Positions 17,434 through 26,557 of a stretch of 35,425 bases of DNA are shown here, piece after piece. How positions within the stretch are numbered: position 1 is the stretch's first letter; every line of letters starts with the position of its first letter. Source of the DNA: a virus (Duplodnaviria; Heunggongvirae; Uroviricota; Caudoviricetes); IMG/VR virus record IMGVR_UViG_3300001336_000003, positions 64,001 to 99,425 of that record; one strand, given 5' to 3'. The position numbers and the translations under genes are program-made. The notes beneath the pieces are model-generated. The model was not told the DNA's origin. It did no database searches and saw nothing but the letters and a program-made list of their open reading frames with translations.

Positions 17434-19039
17434 CATCTTTTTTGAAAAAAGTTGTACATTTTCCATTGATGCTGTTCACCAGTTGTCTTTGCCCATTTTC
17501 GTATACAAGACAAGAAGTATGTGTCCAAGATGAAGGACCGCGATTGTAGCCCATATCAAGAACAGAAGTTGTTCCAACTCTGAAAACGCCCCTTTGGATA
17601 GCCGCCGTGTGTGCATGTCCCACAACACAATCACCATAGACTTTTTCTATGCTGTTGATAGAAGGTTTGGCACCATTCAATCCCAAATCACCATGTGACC
17701 CACATTCAACATCACCAATTTTTGACGATTGATCGCGATTCAAAAAATCCCATTTTTGCGGTATTTTGTTTCCAATAATTGAAAATCCACGTTTCAACAC
17801 ATCTTCGTTTTCAAACAATGCTGTTGCTATTTTCAGTGATAGATAGTGATTTCTCGGATCTTCGATGTATCTACCACTTGCCAAATATCTAGTCAAAAAT
17901 TCGTCATGGTTTGACTTTACTATTTTTACGCCAGTAGGCTTCAGTTCGTCGTCAATCTTTTTAACCAGATCGTATGTCAATTGCAATTCTTGCTGCAAAT
18001 CTTCTTCGCCGTTTATAGACCGCAAGCTTTTTTCAGCAATATCTTTGACGTGATGGCTAATGCTATACCCATCAAAAACATCGTGAAGGTATACGTTTTT
18101 GACTTTCATTTGTGAAAATAAACCGATGAAGGAATCCAATGCTTCTTCATCTACACTTGTCCCGTGCAAATCGCCCAAAACCACATTCACAGGGACTTCT
18201 TTCACTTGTCCATTTGGCAAGTATTTTACCCCTAGATCGATGAAGGAACCGCTTTCATCGCCTTGTATTTGTCTAAAATGGAATATCTTGTCATCTTCAA
18301 TCTCAACTATGATAGCACCAATAACATGGTCAAAGCCTGCAATGTATGACAATCTTTTGGATACAAAAGTGTCGGTATAATATTGTGGAAGTGTGCAAGA
18401 ACCAGTTGTCATAATCGAATAGTTTTTTCCCCTGCTGTTTCCAGAAGGAACATACTCCAAAAACTGCTTTGGGCTTGCGAAAACATACGAGCCTTCCCTG
18501 TTACCCAATCTAGAAAGACCAGTTATGGGCTTTATCTGTTTTGCGGAAACTTGGATACTACACAAAGATATGTTGTCGTTTAATGGGGTGTCTTCTTGAA
18601 CGAAGAGATAAGCGGGGTCATTAAAAACCGTATCAAATATTGCAGTTTTGTTTTCGAAACTATTTGTCACGCTTTCGCATGGCATGATGATTGTTTGGGC
18701 ATCATTGCGATTGCAGAAATTTTTAATAGCATCTAGAAACCCTTGGTGTGCCTTACTATCGGCAACAGCAGTTGTTATGACAAAAATTTTCTTGTCACTG
18801 TTCAATGCGTTTCTGTGTGTCGAAAATATACCATCGACTGAAAAGAAATGTTCATCCAGAAATTCTTCATGGTTGTCTTTAAAGTATTCGTGTAGATTTT
18901 CTATCCCACCAAATCTACCGCGTAGAATGTCTCGTGTTATACCATGTTCTAGAAAATCCTTGTATACGGGCAAAGATTTCTTTTCCACTAGAATTTCTTT
19001 ATATAGGTCTATAATTTGTTGATTCTTATCTTCTTCCAT
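17423..19039 (-). CDS. T5 A1-like protein (calcineurin-like metallophosphoesterase, putative DNase)
   Basis: GDLH, HDVFDGYSISHH, SNHD, HGD and GHAHT metal motifs; C-terminus VLDMGYNRGPSSWTHTSCLVYENGQRQLV closely parallels T5 A1 as I recall it. Confidence 0.75.
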   Translation of the reverse strand: MEEDKNQQIIDLYKEILVEKKSLPVYKDFLEHGITRDILRGRFGGIENLHEYFKDNHEEFLDEHFFSVDGIFSTHRNALNSDKKIFVITTAVADSKAHQGFLDAIKNFCNRNDAQTIIMPCESVTNSFENKTAIFDTVFNDPAYLFVQEDTPLNDNISLCSIQVSAKQIKPITGLSRLGNREGSYVFASPKQFLEYVPSGNSRGKNYSIMTTGSCTLPQYYTDTFVSKRLSYIAGFDHVIGAIIVEIEDDKIFHFRQIQGDESGSFIDLGVKYLPNGQVKEVPVNVVLGDLHGTSVDEEALDSFIGLFSQMKVKNVYLHDVFDGYSISHHVKDIAEKSLRSINGEEDLQQELQLTYDLVKKIDDELKPTGVKIVKSNHDEFLTRYLASGRYIEDPRNHYLSLKIATALFENEDVLKRGFSIIGNKIPQKWDFLNRDQSSKIGDVECGSHGDLGLNGAKPSINSIEKVYGDCVVGHAHTAAIQRGVFRVGTTSVLDMGYNRGPSSWTHTSCLVYENGQRQLVNSINGKCTTFFKKDVDN

Positions 19040-19054
19040 GTTGTAATGCCTTCC

Positions 19055-19585
19055 TTAGTTTATCTTGGAAGTGACGGTCAGCTTTTCAATGGATTCCATT
19101 GAATATGTCCTTACTATCACTTTGTTAGCAATACCACCTTGTGAATCTTCATTGACCTTCTTATCTTCAAGACCTTCTATTTCGTCTTTATTGATTTCTT
19201 CATCATCCAAGAAGTACATCGTTTTTCCCGATTCAATATGGTATAACTCTATATAGTAGTTTCCTTTGTGTTCTACAAAGGGGGTGTTTTCTATGCGTGT
19301 TCCCCATGCCCTTGGTTTCAATTCGAAAGATTCGGGATCTTTACCTTCTGTTTCCATTCTAGACTTGACCATTTTTTCATAGGCGTCATTACCCACATTA
19401 GAAAACAACATCATCTTGGCACCAACAGTTTTCTTGGTGACGCGATCTTGCATAGGATTTGATTTGCCGCCTTTCAGCTTTACTTTTGTGGAAGTGTCTA
19501 TTTCGACTTGATAGCATCCCTCAAGTTTGTCGATTTCTTCTTTCAGCCCAACAATGGGCCATGTTGAATTTTGTATCACATTCAT
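19055..19585 (-). CDS. Conserved phage hypothetical protein
   Basis: Coupled ORF; KLKGGKSNP and FELKPRAWG motifs; no function recognised. Confidence 0.65.
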   Translation of the reverse strand: MNVIQNSTWPIVGLKEEIDKLEGCYQVEIDTSTKVKLKGGKSNPMQDRVTKKTVGAKMMLFSNVGNDAYEKMVKSRMETEGKDPESFELKPRAWGTRIENTPFVEHKGNYYIELYHIESGKTMYFLDDEEINKDEIEGLEDKKVNEDSQGGIANKVIVRTYSMESIEKLTVTSKIN

Positions 19586-19770
19586 ATTGTTATTACTCCT
19601 TTATTATGTGCAAAAAAGTGTGGTGTGAAACCATGGAACCCCGAACCTAAGTTGAGCTTTCTGCAAATATCACGTGCTTCTTTTTCCGACCTTTCCAAAA
19701 CAATTTCAGTTTCGCTTTCCTTTTCGAAAACATTGAAACCCTTGTCTTTTTTAACTACCGAATAACTCAT
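19582..19770 (-). CDS. Small conserved phage hypothetical protein
   Basis: ATGA overlaps at both ends; LNLGSGFHGFTPHFF motif. Confidence 0.7.
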   Translation of the reverse strand: MSYSVVKKDKGFNVFEKESETEIVLERSEKEARDICRKLNLGSGFHGFTPHFFAHNKGVITI

Positions 19771-20348
19771 TGGAATCCTCCTACATTAAAAAGCTTGTTC
19801 TTTCCATCTTTTTTATTCAATACGGGATTGAATTCGCCATCACCAAATACAGATTTTTGTTCATCTGTATTTTGATTTTCGTTAGTCACATTTTTCTGTG
19901 CTTTCTTTTCTGCATTATACAACCGCATTCTTGCTTTATCCATGCCAACTACAAATTTTCGATATGTGTTCAAATCACCCCAACGATTTTTCAACTGCTT
20001 TATCATTATTTGACCAATAGCTTCTAAATCTTCGGAAGTAATCAATGCAAAAATTGCATCGGCTGTGTGGGTAATACCCATGCTGTTTTTTGTGAGTATC
20101 CCATTACAGTAAAAAAGTTGATCGCCAGTGACAGAAATATCTACAGTTTCCAAAACGCCCACATCTTCTATTAATATGATTTCATCATTAAAATCGATAC
20201 TCGCAGCATCGCTCTTTAATTGTTTTTCTTCCTTTTCTTTTTCAATACTTATAAGTAGGTCAGTAAGATCAAATAAATCCATGTCTTTTGCTAAACCATT
20301 ACTTATCATGTGTTGGGCTTTCAAAAAACAAAAATCTTCTACATTCAT
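19767..20348 (-). CDS. 41: Split-intein C-fragment (aa 1-88; 20348-20085) fused to the gp41 helicase C-extein (from Ser at 20084)
   Basis: Intein blocks F and G (VLETVDISVTGDQLFYCNGILTKN/S), followed by SMGITHTADAIFAL...MIKQLKNRWGD (gp41 C-terminal motifs). SD GGAG; ATGA overlap with the endonuclease stop. Confidence 0.92.
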   Translation of the reverse strand: MNVEDFCFLKAQHMISNGLAKDMDLFDLTDLLISIEKEKEEKQLKSDAASIDFNDEIILIEDVGVLETVDISVTGDQLFYCNGILTKNSMGITHTADAIFALITSEDLEAIGQIMIKQLKNRWGDLNTYRKFVVGMDKARMRLYNAEKKAQKNVTNENQNTDEQKSVFGDGEFNPVLNKKDGKNKLFNVGGFQ

Positions 20349-21412
20349 AACATATCTCCAACTTCTTTTAATATTTGTTTTCTAACTAAAGAAAAATCGT
20401 CTGTATCCCACACTGTCTTATAACGAAATCCTTTTTTAATGGCAACATTTTTCTTTTTGTAATCTTTTGCTATGATAATATCTTCTGATAAGAAACCTTT
20501 ATAATCACCTAAAGGGTTCGAATGCCAAAATGAGCCATTATATTCTATGATATATTTAATACTTTTTATTGTGAAATCGTATGCAAACGTATCACCTTCA
20601 TCACCAATAAAAAATTCACGCGAACCCGCGATACCCCATTGTATATCTTCTTTTTGCAGCCCCAATCGTCTGATGTTTTTATAAAGCGGTATAAAAAATT
20701 TCAAAGATTCTTTAGATGTTCTTGGCAACATTGGTGTGTTTCTACCGTATTTTTCAAACCACGTGAGCTTACGGTTTTTGATATATTCGCTATACTTTTC
20801 TATTGCAATGTCTTCATCGCCATAACGCATAAAAAACCCATCAATCGAATTTCTAGTTTTTTCTAAATGTAATCTTAGTAACTCATTTGCCTCTTTCTCG
20901 TCACTTCCGCGTTTTATGTAATATTCTATGCACATCGGATTATTTTCTCTATATGAATATCCAGATTTTTTCAATTTTTGGTGCATATTCTTACTTTCTA
21001 TGCTTTTTTTCTTTTTCCTATTTTTTACTACTTTTTCTGCTTCCTCTAAAGATATGGACTTTATATTAGAAATGTATTCAGCAGAATATTTGTTTTGTTT
21101 AGAGCGATCTATTTTTGGTCTACTTAAAAGTTTTTCTTTGTATTCGTCCGCTCTTGTTTTTCCGTATCTTATTTCCAATGCTTCATATGAAGAGTTGTGC
21201 AAGCTACAATATTTTTCGTATTTTTCAAAGAAAAAATTGTCGTTATTAACCAATATGTCTTTAAACCATTGCAATCTTTTTAAAGCTACATTAAAAGGTA
21301 ATGAAAAAAGGTCATACTTTATCATCGCAGCAAAAAAGTATGACCTTTTATCTATGCTTATCATTTCTAACAAATTTTTAACTGGTTTTCTTTCGGTTAA
21401 ATTCTTTGTCAT
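20345..21412 (-). mobile_element. Free-standing Vsr-like/DUF559-type homing endonuclease between the split-intein halves
   Basis: C-terminal YDF...IIEYNGSFWH...DYKK...KGFRYKTVWD; repeated YG helical DNA-binding segments. Best start is the ATG at 21412 (SD AGGAG). Confidence 0.8.
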
Positions 21413-22826
21413 TTGTATCTCCTGTGTGTGTATTACATTCACCGTTGATACCATTTATATAAAAGCCTTTTTCTAAGCCACCCGATACAGAAATTCTTTT
21501 CACCTCACCCGTTGGCGATTTAGCGGGAAATACGTGATTTTTACTTACAATGATTTCTTTCCCTGATTTAGTCGTAATTTTTACACATTCTTTAGATTTT
21601 GGATGATGGACCATTGTGACAATTTTTGTTCCATCATTAGATTTTATTATATCCCCTGGTGAAAGGTCAGCAATTCTCATAACACCTTTGGTTTTTTCAG
21701 TAACTTTTTCGTCAACGAAAATACATTCGGATGTGTTAGTCAAATCAACGTCACTGTTATTATATCCATCGCGGTTTAACTGCGAACTGGAAACGATAGG
21801 AACGTTAAATTCTACTGCCAAACCCCTTACTTCTTCTGCGATTGACTTTACCAAAGTGTAAGAATTGGCAGCAGAATTGCCTTTTAGTCTTGATGAAGCG
21901 CAGATGTTCAAATAGTCCAGATATATAACGTCTGGTTTGAAGTTCTTCTTCATTCTAAGTTCATTAAGAAGGTGCCTAAAATGTCCCACATGTGCAGAGC
22001 TTGTAGGATATTCTTTGATGATTAGCTTGCCTGGTGTTTTGTCCTTTAGTCTGGACATTCTTTTTTCGTATGTGCTTAAAGGCAAATCTGCAACTTCGTC
22101 TATCGTTATTTCCATCATGTTAGCATCAATGCGGCGTCCAACTTCTTCTTCACTCAATTCTGCGGTGATATAAAGAACGTTTTTGCCGAATAGAAGATGT
22201 GCAGCAGCCATATGACACTTGACAATACTTTTACCAGAACCAGTTGCACCCAAAAACAATGTTAAAGACTTTTTAGGCAAGCCGCCCTTTGTAATCATAT
22301 TCATTATGTCAATATCAAATGGTATGCGTTCTTCTTTTCTATGGTAGTATTCATATCTGGAATTGAAATCTTCCAAGAAGTCATGACCAATATGTGTATC
22401 AAAACTAATCGCCAAAGACTTAGAAAGAAGTTCAGGTATAGCGCCTTTATCATATTCTTTGTCTTGTCCATCATAGATCATAATCGATTTTCTGATGGAA
22501 TTGTATAGGTCTTTGTCTTGACAAAACTTTTCAGTTTGATCTAACAACCATTCGGGGTCTGTTTTGGAATCCGTTTTCAGTTCGCCAATTTTTTCAACGA
22601 CTTCTTTGAATGTGTTTTCGTTGAGATCTTTTCTATCTTCTAAGGTTATTTTCAGGGCCTCAATGGAAGGGAGGCCCTGATATTCGCTTACATATTCTGA
22701 AAAAGAGTTGAATATCTTTTTGATTGCATTGTCGTCAAAATATTCTTCTTTGATGTATGGGAAAACCTTTCTGTAGTATTCTTCATTATGTATCAAATTC
22801 GCAAGTATGGTGTTTTCCATTGACAT
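21378..22826 (-). CDS. 41: gp41 replicative helicase N-extein (aa 1-367) fused to a split-intein N-fragment (Cys368 at 21725, 115 aa)
   Basis: Walker A GATGSGKS, IIKEYPT, YLDYLNI, SSQLNR; then CIFVDEKV (block A) and IIVSKNHVF (block B). Confidence 0.95.
   Translation of the reverse strand: MSMENTILANLIHNEEYYRKVFPYIKEEYFDDNAIKKIFNSFSEYVSEYQGLPSIEALKITLEDRKDLNENTFKEVVEKIGELKTDSKTDPEWLLDQTEKFCQDKDLYNSIRKSIMIYDGQDKEYDKGAIPELLSKSLAISFDTHIGHDFLEDFNSRYEYYHRKEERIPFDIDIMNMITKGGLPKKSLTLFLGATGSGKSIVKCHMAAAHLLFGKNVLYITAELSEEEVGRRIDANMMEITIDEVADLPLSTYEKRMSRLKDKTPGKLIIKEYPTSSAHVGHFRHLLNELRMKKNFKPDVIYLDYLNICASSRLKGNSAANSYTLVKSIAEEVRGLAVEFNVPIVSSSQLNRDGYNNSDVDLTNTSECIFVDEKVTEKTKGVMRIADLSPGDIIKSNDGTKIVTMVHHPKSKECVKITTKSGKEIIVSKNHVFPAKSPTGEVKRISVSGGLEKGFYINGINGECNTHTGDTNDKEFNRKKTS
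21452..21459 (-). promoter_or_regulatory. Possible late promoter (TATAAATG) for the homing endonuclease, embedded in the IntN coding sequence
   Basis: 7/8 match to TATAAATA, 40 nt upstream of the ATG at 21412. Confidence 0.4.
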
Positions 22827-22830
22827 CTAA

Positions 22831-23901
22831 TTAATCCTCTTCTTCGTAGTCCTCCTCTACATAGGCGCTAGCACTAACTGCACCCATTGCACCGAGTTTG
22901 AACTTCTTTTCCACAAAATTTTTGAATATATCATCTTTAATAAGATTGACAAAGAATTCATCATCGTTTTCTATGTCTTTTGCGCGTCTTTTACCATCGG
23001 CTATTTCGCCAGTTGTCATATCGACTGTGCTATACCAACCTTGGTTCACTTTGATAATGTGACCAGATTCCACAGCCAAATCAAATAGTGATGACCACTT
23101 TTGAATACCACTGTCATAAAGAACCGTGAAAGGTAGCTTTGCCTTTTCTTTGACAAATCTTGACTTTTCAATGTTGATGGTAAATTTATACCCCGAAAGT
23201 TCTGTCCCTTCTTTTTCTTGTGCTTTACCAATCACAAAAATTTGGTTTGCTGCATATGTTACAGCAGTGCCACCAGGGATTATAGTTTTCGGGAACATGC
23301 CTATTTCTTGATATACATGATTGATTACTATACACGGCAAATCCTTCATTGTCAAGTGCGGAGTTATGATTCTAAGCAAAGAACGGATAGCTTTTGCTCT
23401 TGACATGTCAGCAACAGATTTTTCATTTTCTGCATCTTCAACTTCTTTTTTCGAAGCAAGATTACCCAAGGAATCTAGCATGATGAAAACCTTATCACCA
23501 CGTTTGACTTCATCAAGTCTTTTGACAATATCAAATTTCAATTGTTCTACATGTTCAACTGGTATGTGCAATACACGTTCTGGATCAATACCATTGCTTT
23601 CCAAGTAATCTGGTGTTATACCAAATTCTGAATCGTAGAGTAGTGCTATTGCATCTGGATATTTGTTGAAGTAAGCTTTCATACAATATAGACCTAGTAA
23701 TGTCTTGAAGCTTTTGCTAAGGCCAGCGAATATTGTTAAACCAGGTATCAGACCGCCATCAAGACTACCACTAAACGCGATATTCAAAATGGGAAGATCT
23801 GTAGGGATTACATCTTTGGCGTTGAAAAAAGAAGATTCGCTAAGAACCGCCGCTCCTTTGATGGAGCCAGATTTCTGCATACGTTCTAGTAACGTGCTCA
23901 T
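22831..23901 (-). CDS. uvsX: UvsX RecA-like recombinase
   Basis: NIAFSGSLDGG, AGLSKSFKT, YDSEFG, DSLGNLASKKE, INHVYQE, KSRFVKEK; directly upstream of gene 41, as in T4. Confidence 0.95.
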   Translation of the reverse strand: MSTLLERMQKSGSIKGAAVLSESSFFNAKDVIPTDLPILNIAFSGSLDGGLIPGLTIFAGLSKSFKTLLGLYCMKAYFNKYPDAIALLYDSEFGITPDYLESNGIDPERVLHIPVEHVEQLKFDIVKRLDEVKRGDKVFIMLDSLGNLASKKEVEDAENEKSVADMSRAKAIRSLLRIITPHLTMKDLPCIVINHVYQEIGMFPKTIIPGGTAVTYAANQIFVIGKAQEKEGTELSGYKFTINIEKSRFVKEKAKLPFTVLYDSGIQKWSSLFDLAVESGHIIKVNQGWYSTVDMTTGEIADGKRRAKDIENDDEFFVNLIKDDIFKNFVEKKFKLGAMGAVSASAYVEEDYEEED

Positions 23902-23942
23902 TTAATGTCCTTTCTAAGTGTTGATTGTTTTAGAGTGGGTGA

Positions 23943-24227
23943 CTAACCCACTAGTATTTGTTTTAGCCTTTGTTGAAATTGGCCAATTTTTTCTGTCCTA
24001 TTAGGCCAGTAGATAGTAGTTTTTTCGGGATTTTTCTTTAGATTTTCTAAGAAGGGGTCTATGGAATCGTGCATAGCTTTCAATCTTCTTTCCAAATCTT
24101 CAATTGTGTCTTTGTCGGTTTTGGTTGCCGTTTCAAGCTTGGAAACTTGTGACTTGACTTCTTCAAAATCTTCATCAACAAAACTGAAACCAAAATCTTC
24201 ATCGAATGGCTGTATGTATTCCTTCAT
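23943..24227 (-). CDS. Conserved T4-superfamily hypothetical protein
   Basis: FDEDFGFSFVDE, a coiled coil, and IYWPNR. Confidence 0.7.
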   Translation of the reverse strand: MKEYIQPFDEDFGFSFVDEDFEEVKSQVSKLETATKTDKDTIEDLERRLKAMHDSIDPFLENLKKNPEKTTIYWPNRTEKIGQFQQRLKQILVG

Positions 24228-24250
24228 TATGTATCTCCCTATATTTGGAA

Positions 24251-24273
24251 GAAGGGGGGTATTAACCCCCTTC
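24251..24273 (-). terminator. Hairpin, probable terminator or processing site after gene 32
   Basis: GAAGGGGG / CCCCCTTC 8-bp stem, 2 nt past the gp32 stop; weak U-tail. Confidence 0.5.
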
Positions 24274-24275
24274 TG

Positions 24276-25229
24276 TTAGCCTTTTTTAGCAAGAGACTTG
24301 AAGTATTCCATATCGTCGTCATCTTCATCGCTTTCGAATGAAGAAATTGCTATCTTTTCTTCTTTAGGCGTCTGTTCTTTAGCAGAAGCGGCAAACTTGG
24401 AAATGTCAATTTCTTCATCTTCATCGTGTAGCGCATTTTGTTTTGCGCCATTTCTAGAACCCATATCTGTTAGGCCAAGAACGCGATGGAACCTTTCCTT
24501 CAAAGCATCATATGATTTGAAGTTTTTAGGATCGATGATTTCTTGCAACGAATAGATGTTGGATAGCTTTTCTGCATATTCATCATCATTTTCGAACAAT
24601 GGCGCTGGTTCTGCAAAATCAGACTTGTCGTAGTTTGGATATCCTTCGACTTTTCTGATTTTCAGACGGAAGTTTGCGCCGTTATCCCAAAGATCAAATG
24701 GGTCAATCGCAGTTTCGCCTTCGAATTCAGGATTTGGTGCATCTTTCAGCTTGTCGAAAATTTTCTTGCCATATCTAAACAAGAACACCTTACCTTCATT
24801 TTCAGGATTAGAAGGGTCAGAAACCACATAAACGTTTGAAATAAAGTTCAGCTTACGCTTTTGAATTCTAGCCTGTGTGCGTTCTGGCGACTTGTCATCT
24901 TCTGTAGAATTCCACAACTTGTTGTTAAATTCATTAACAGGGTCGTCTTGCTTTATTGTAGAAAGGCAGTTTTCAATATACCATTGTCCAGTAGGGCCTT
25001 TAAATCCGTGTGTGTAAAGACGGACAAAAGGAACATCTTCACCATCTGGTGCGGGTAGGAATCTGATAACAGCATATCCGTTACCCGCGCTATCAAGCGT
25101 AGGCTTCCAGTATTTATTTTCATCGGGATTGGAATAGCCTTTCGATGAAACTTCTTCTAGTTGCTTGTTAAGTTTCTCGAAAGAATTAGAACGATTTTTC
25201 TTCAGTTCTTTAAAATTAAATGTAGCCAT
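24276..25229 (-). CDS. 32: gp32 single-stranded DNA-binding protein
   Basis: YWKPTLDSAGNGYAVIRFLPA, HGFKGPTGQWYIENC, EGKVFLFRYGKKIFDK, YPNYDKSDF; acidic tail. Confidence 0.97.
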   Translation of the reverse strand: MATFNFKELKKNRSNSFEKLNKQLEEVSSKGYSNPDENKYWKPTLDSAGNGYAVIRFLPAPDGEDVPFVRLYTHGFKGPTGQWYIENCLSTIKQDDPVNEFNNKLWNSTEDDKSPERTQARIQKRKLNFISNVYVVSDPSNPENEGKVFLFRYGKKIFDKLKDAPNPEFEGETAIDPFDLWDNGANFRLKIRKVEGYPNYDKSDFAEPAPLFENDDEYAEKLSNIYSLQEIIDPKNFKSYDALKERFHRVLGLTDMGSRNGAKQNALHDEDEEIDISKFAASAKEQTPKEEKIAISSFESDEDDDDMEYFKSLAKKG

Positions 25230-25250
25230 CGTATGTCTCCTTATATTGCG

Positions 25251-25290
25251 ATGTATTTTGATGTATTTTGATGTATTTTGATGTATTTTG
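25251..25290 (-). repeat. Four perfect tandem copies of a 10-mer (CAAAATACAT on the mRNA) in the gene 32 leader; putative autoregulatory operator
   Basis: (ATGTATTTTG)x4 on the plus strand, ending 22 nt upstream of the gp32 ATG. Confidence 0.85.
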
Positions 25291-25324
25291 TATGATATTG
25301 TTCCTTGCTTTCACAAGACAACAC

Positions 25325-25332
25325 TATTTATA
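25325..25332 (-). promoter_or_regulatory. T4-type late promoter TATAAATA upstream of gene 32
   Basis: Exact consensus overlapping the gp59 stop codon. Confidence 0.7.
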
Positions 25333-25933
25333 CAAGGAAGAAGCGGTCTTTTATCATCTCTTTGAATTTTTTTCTGTCATATTGCAGAAAAGGATGATAT
25401 TTTTTAGAAGTGGTTAATATGCCACTATATACTATATTGTCGAATCCATTTTCTTCCCAATAATCGAAGGATTTGGTCATGTGTGACAATATAGTAAAGG
25501 TTTCCATGGATATGTCTTTTGCCATGGTCAGCGAAACTACATGGGGTGCAGTTCCACCTTTGAAAGAAAAATTGTCTTGGAAATCGTCTTTCAAATTTTT
25601 CAGATCCATTTTGAAAAAGTAGGAAAGCGAATCGTTGCGTTTTTTCCATTCAAAATAGACTTCTTCTGATTCTTGATCCAAAAGTCCACCAACCCAAACC
25701 TTTGGATTGTGTAAGATATTGGCAAGAATCAAATTTTGGTAGTCTTTTTTCTTAGACAAGACTTGAAACATTGGCGCGTCATGTCTTGTCTTGAAAGTAT
25801 CATATGGTGAATTTACTTTTCCGCCATACTTAAAAAAATCGTAAGACTTGCTAGTAAAATGCCGTTTCAGAGCCATATAATGAACATAGGCTTTATGTCC
25901 GTTAAAATAATCTACCTGTTGCATTGCTGTCAT
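25328..25933 (-). CDS. 59: gp59 helicase loader
   Basis: YMALKRHFTSKSYDFFKYGGK...ISMETF...KKYHPFL; in the 33-59-32 order of T4. Confidence 0.88.
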   Translation of the reverse strand: MTAMQQVDYFNGHKAYVHYMALKRHFTSKSYDFFKYGGKVNSPYDTFKTRHDAPMFQVLSKKKDYQNLILANILHNPKVWVGGLLDQESEEVYFEWKKRNDSLSYFFKMDLKNLKDDFQDNFSFKGGTAPHVVSLTMAKDISMETFTILSHMTKSFDYWEENGFDNIVYSGILTTSKKYHPFLQYDRKKFKEMIKDRFFLV

Positions 25934-26135
25934 CTTTCACCATTCTCAAACGAACGCCTTCTTCGCGTATCTTTTCGCGCATTATCTCAGATTTTTTGAC
26001 TATTGCTGCCAAAGTTTCTATTTCCATGTTTTCTTTCTTGGAATAATCAACAAGTGCATCGATATATGACACGCCATTTGAAAGCATCTTAGATATTTCA
26101 TGATGTATCTTATCGGGTGTTTTTGCTGCTATCAT
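25902..26135 (-). CDS. 33: gp33 late-transcription coactivator
   Basis: SYIDALVDYSKKENMEIE...IMREKIREEG; synteny with 59 and 32. Confidence 0.85.
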   Translation of the reverse strand: MIAAKTPDKIHHEISKMLSNGVSYIDALVDYSKKENMEIETLAAIVKKSEIMREKIREEGVRLRMVKDDSNATGRLF

Positions 26136-26332
26136 CCGTTTAACACCGAAACATTGTTAACCCAATTTTCAACAATGGTTTTGACAGTTTTAATGTCTGC
26201 TTGATGCGTTGCAGTTTTCATCAGACTACCATTAGAACCATAATATTCGACTGTATAACCATCCGAAGTTTCGTGTATTTCTGCTCTTGCCCCTGTGCCA
26301 GAAGCTTCCTTAAAATATGTCGTAAGTAGCAT
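26132..26332 (-). CDS. Small hypothetical protein
   Basis: SD AGGAG; ATGA overlap with gene 33. Confidence 0.7.
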   Translation of the reverse strand: MLLTTYFKEASGTGARAEIHETSDGYTVEYYGSNGSLMKTATHQADIKTVKTIVENWVNNVSVLNG

Positions 26333-26342
26333 TTGTTTCTCC

Positions 26343-26543
26343 TTAAATAAGTTCCCGTTTACCCATTGCCCAATCCACGGCAGCTTGTTCGACTACCTGA
26401 ATAGGCAATTCTACATACTCTTCTGTGAAAAATTTATGTCCATTAGAATCTGTAAATACAATTTTGTGAATACCTTCTGTCGAAAAATACACAGAAGCTT
26501 GTGCACCATTATTATCTTCAGCAACAAAAAATGCGTTACCCAT
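26343..26543 (-). CDS. Small hypothetical protein
   Basis: SD GGAGG; beta-beta-beta-alpha pattern similar to the neighbouring small ORF. Confidence 0.7.
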   Translation of the reverse strand: MGNAFFVAEDNNGAQASVYFSTEGIHKIVFTDSNGHKFFTEEYVELPIQVVEQAAVDWAMGKRELI

Positions 26544-26557
26544 ATCAAACCTCCATT

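Noticed and set aside
19767-22826. One contiguous intein broken by sequencing frameshifts, or a group I intron
   Set aside because: The two helicase halves are in the same frame, but joining them would need two compensating errors. The endonuclease and IntC each have their own SD and ATG, and I see no group I core structure. Not excluded without reads.
23934-23952. AGTGGG/CCCACT hairpin before uvsX as a terminator
   Set aside because: Short stem overlapping a stop codon, with no U-tract.
25251-25290. CRISPR-like array
   Set aside because: The 10-nt units are contiguous, with no spacers.
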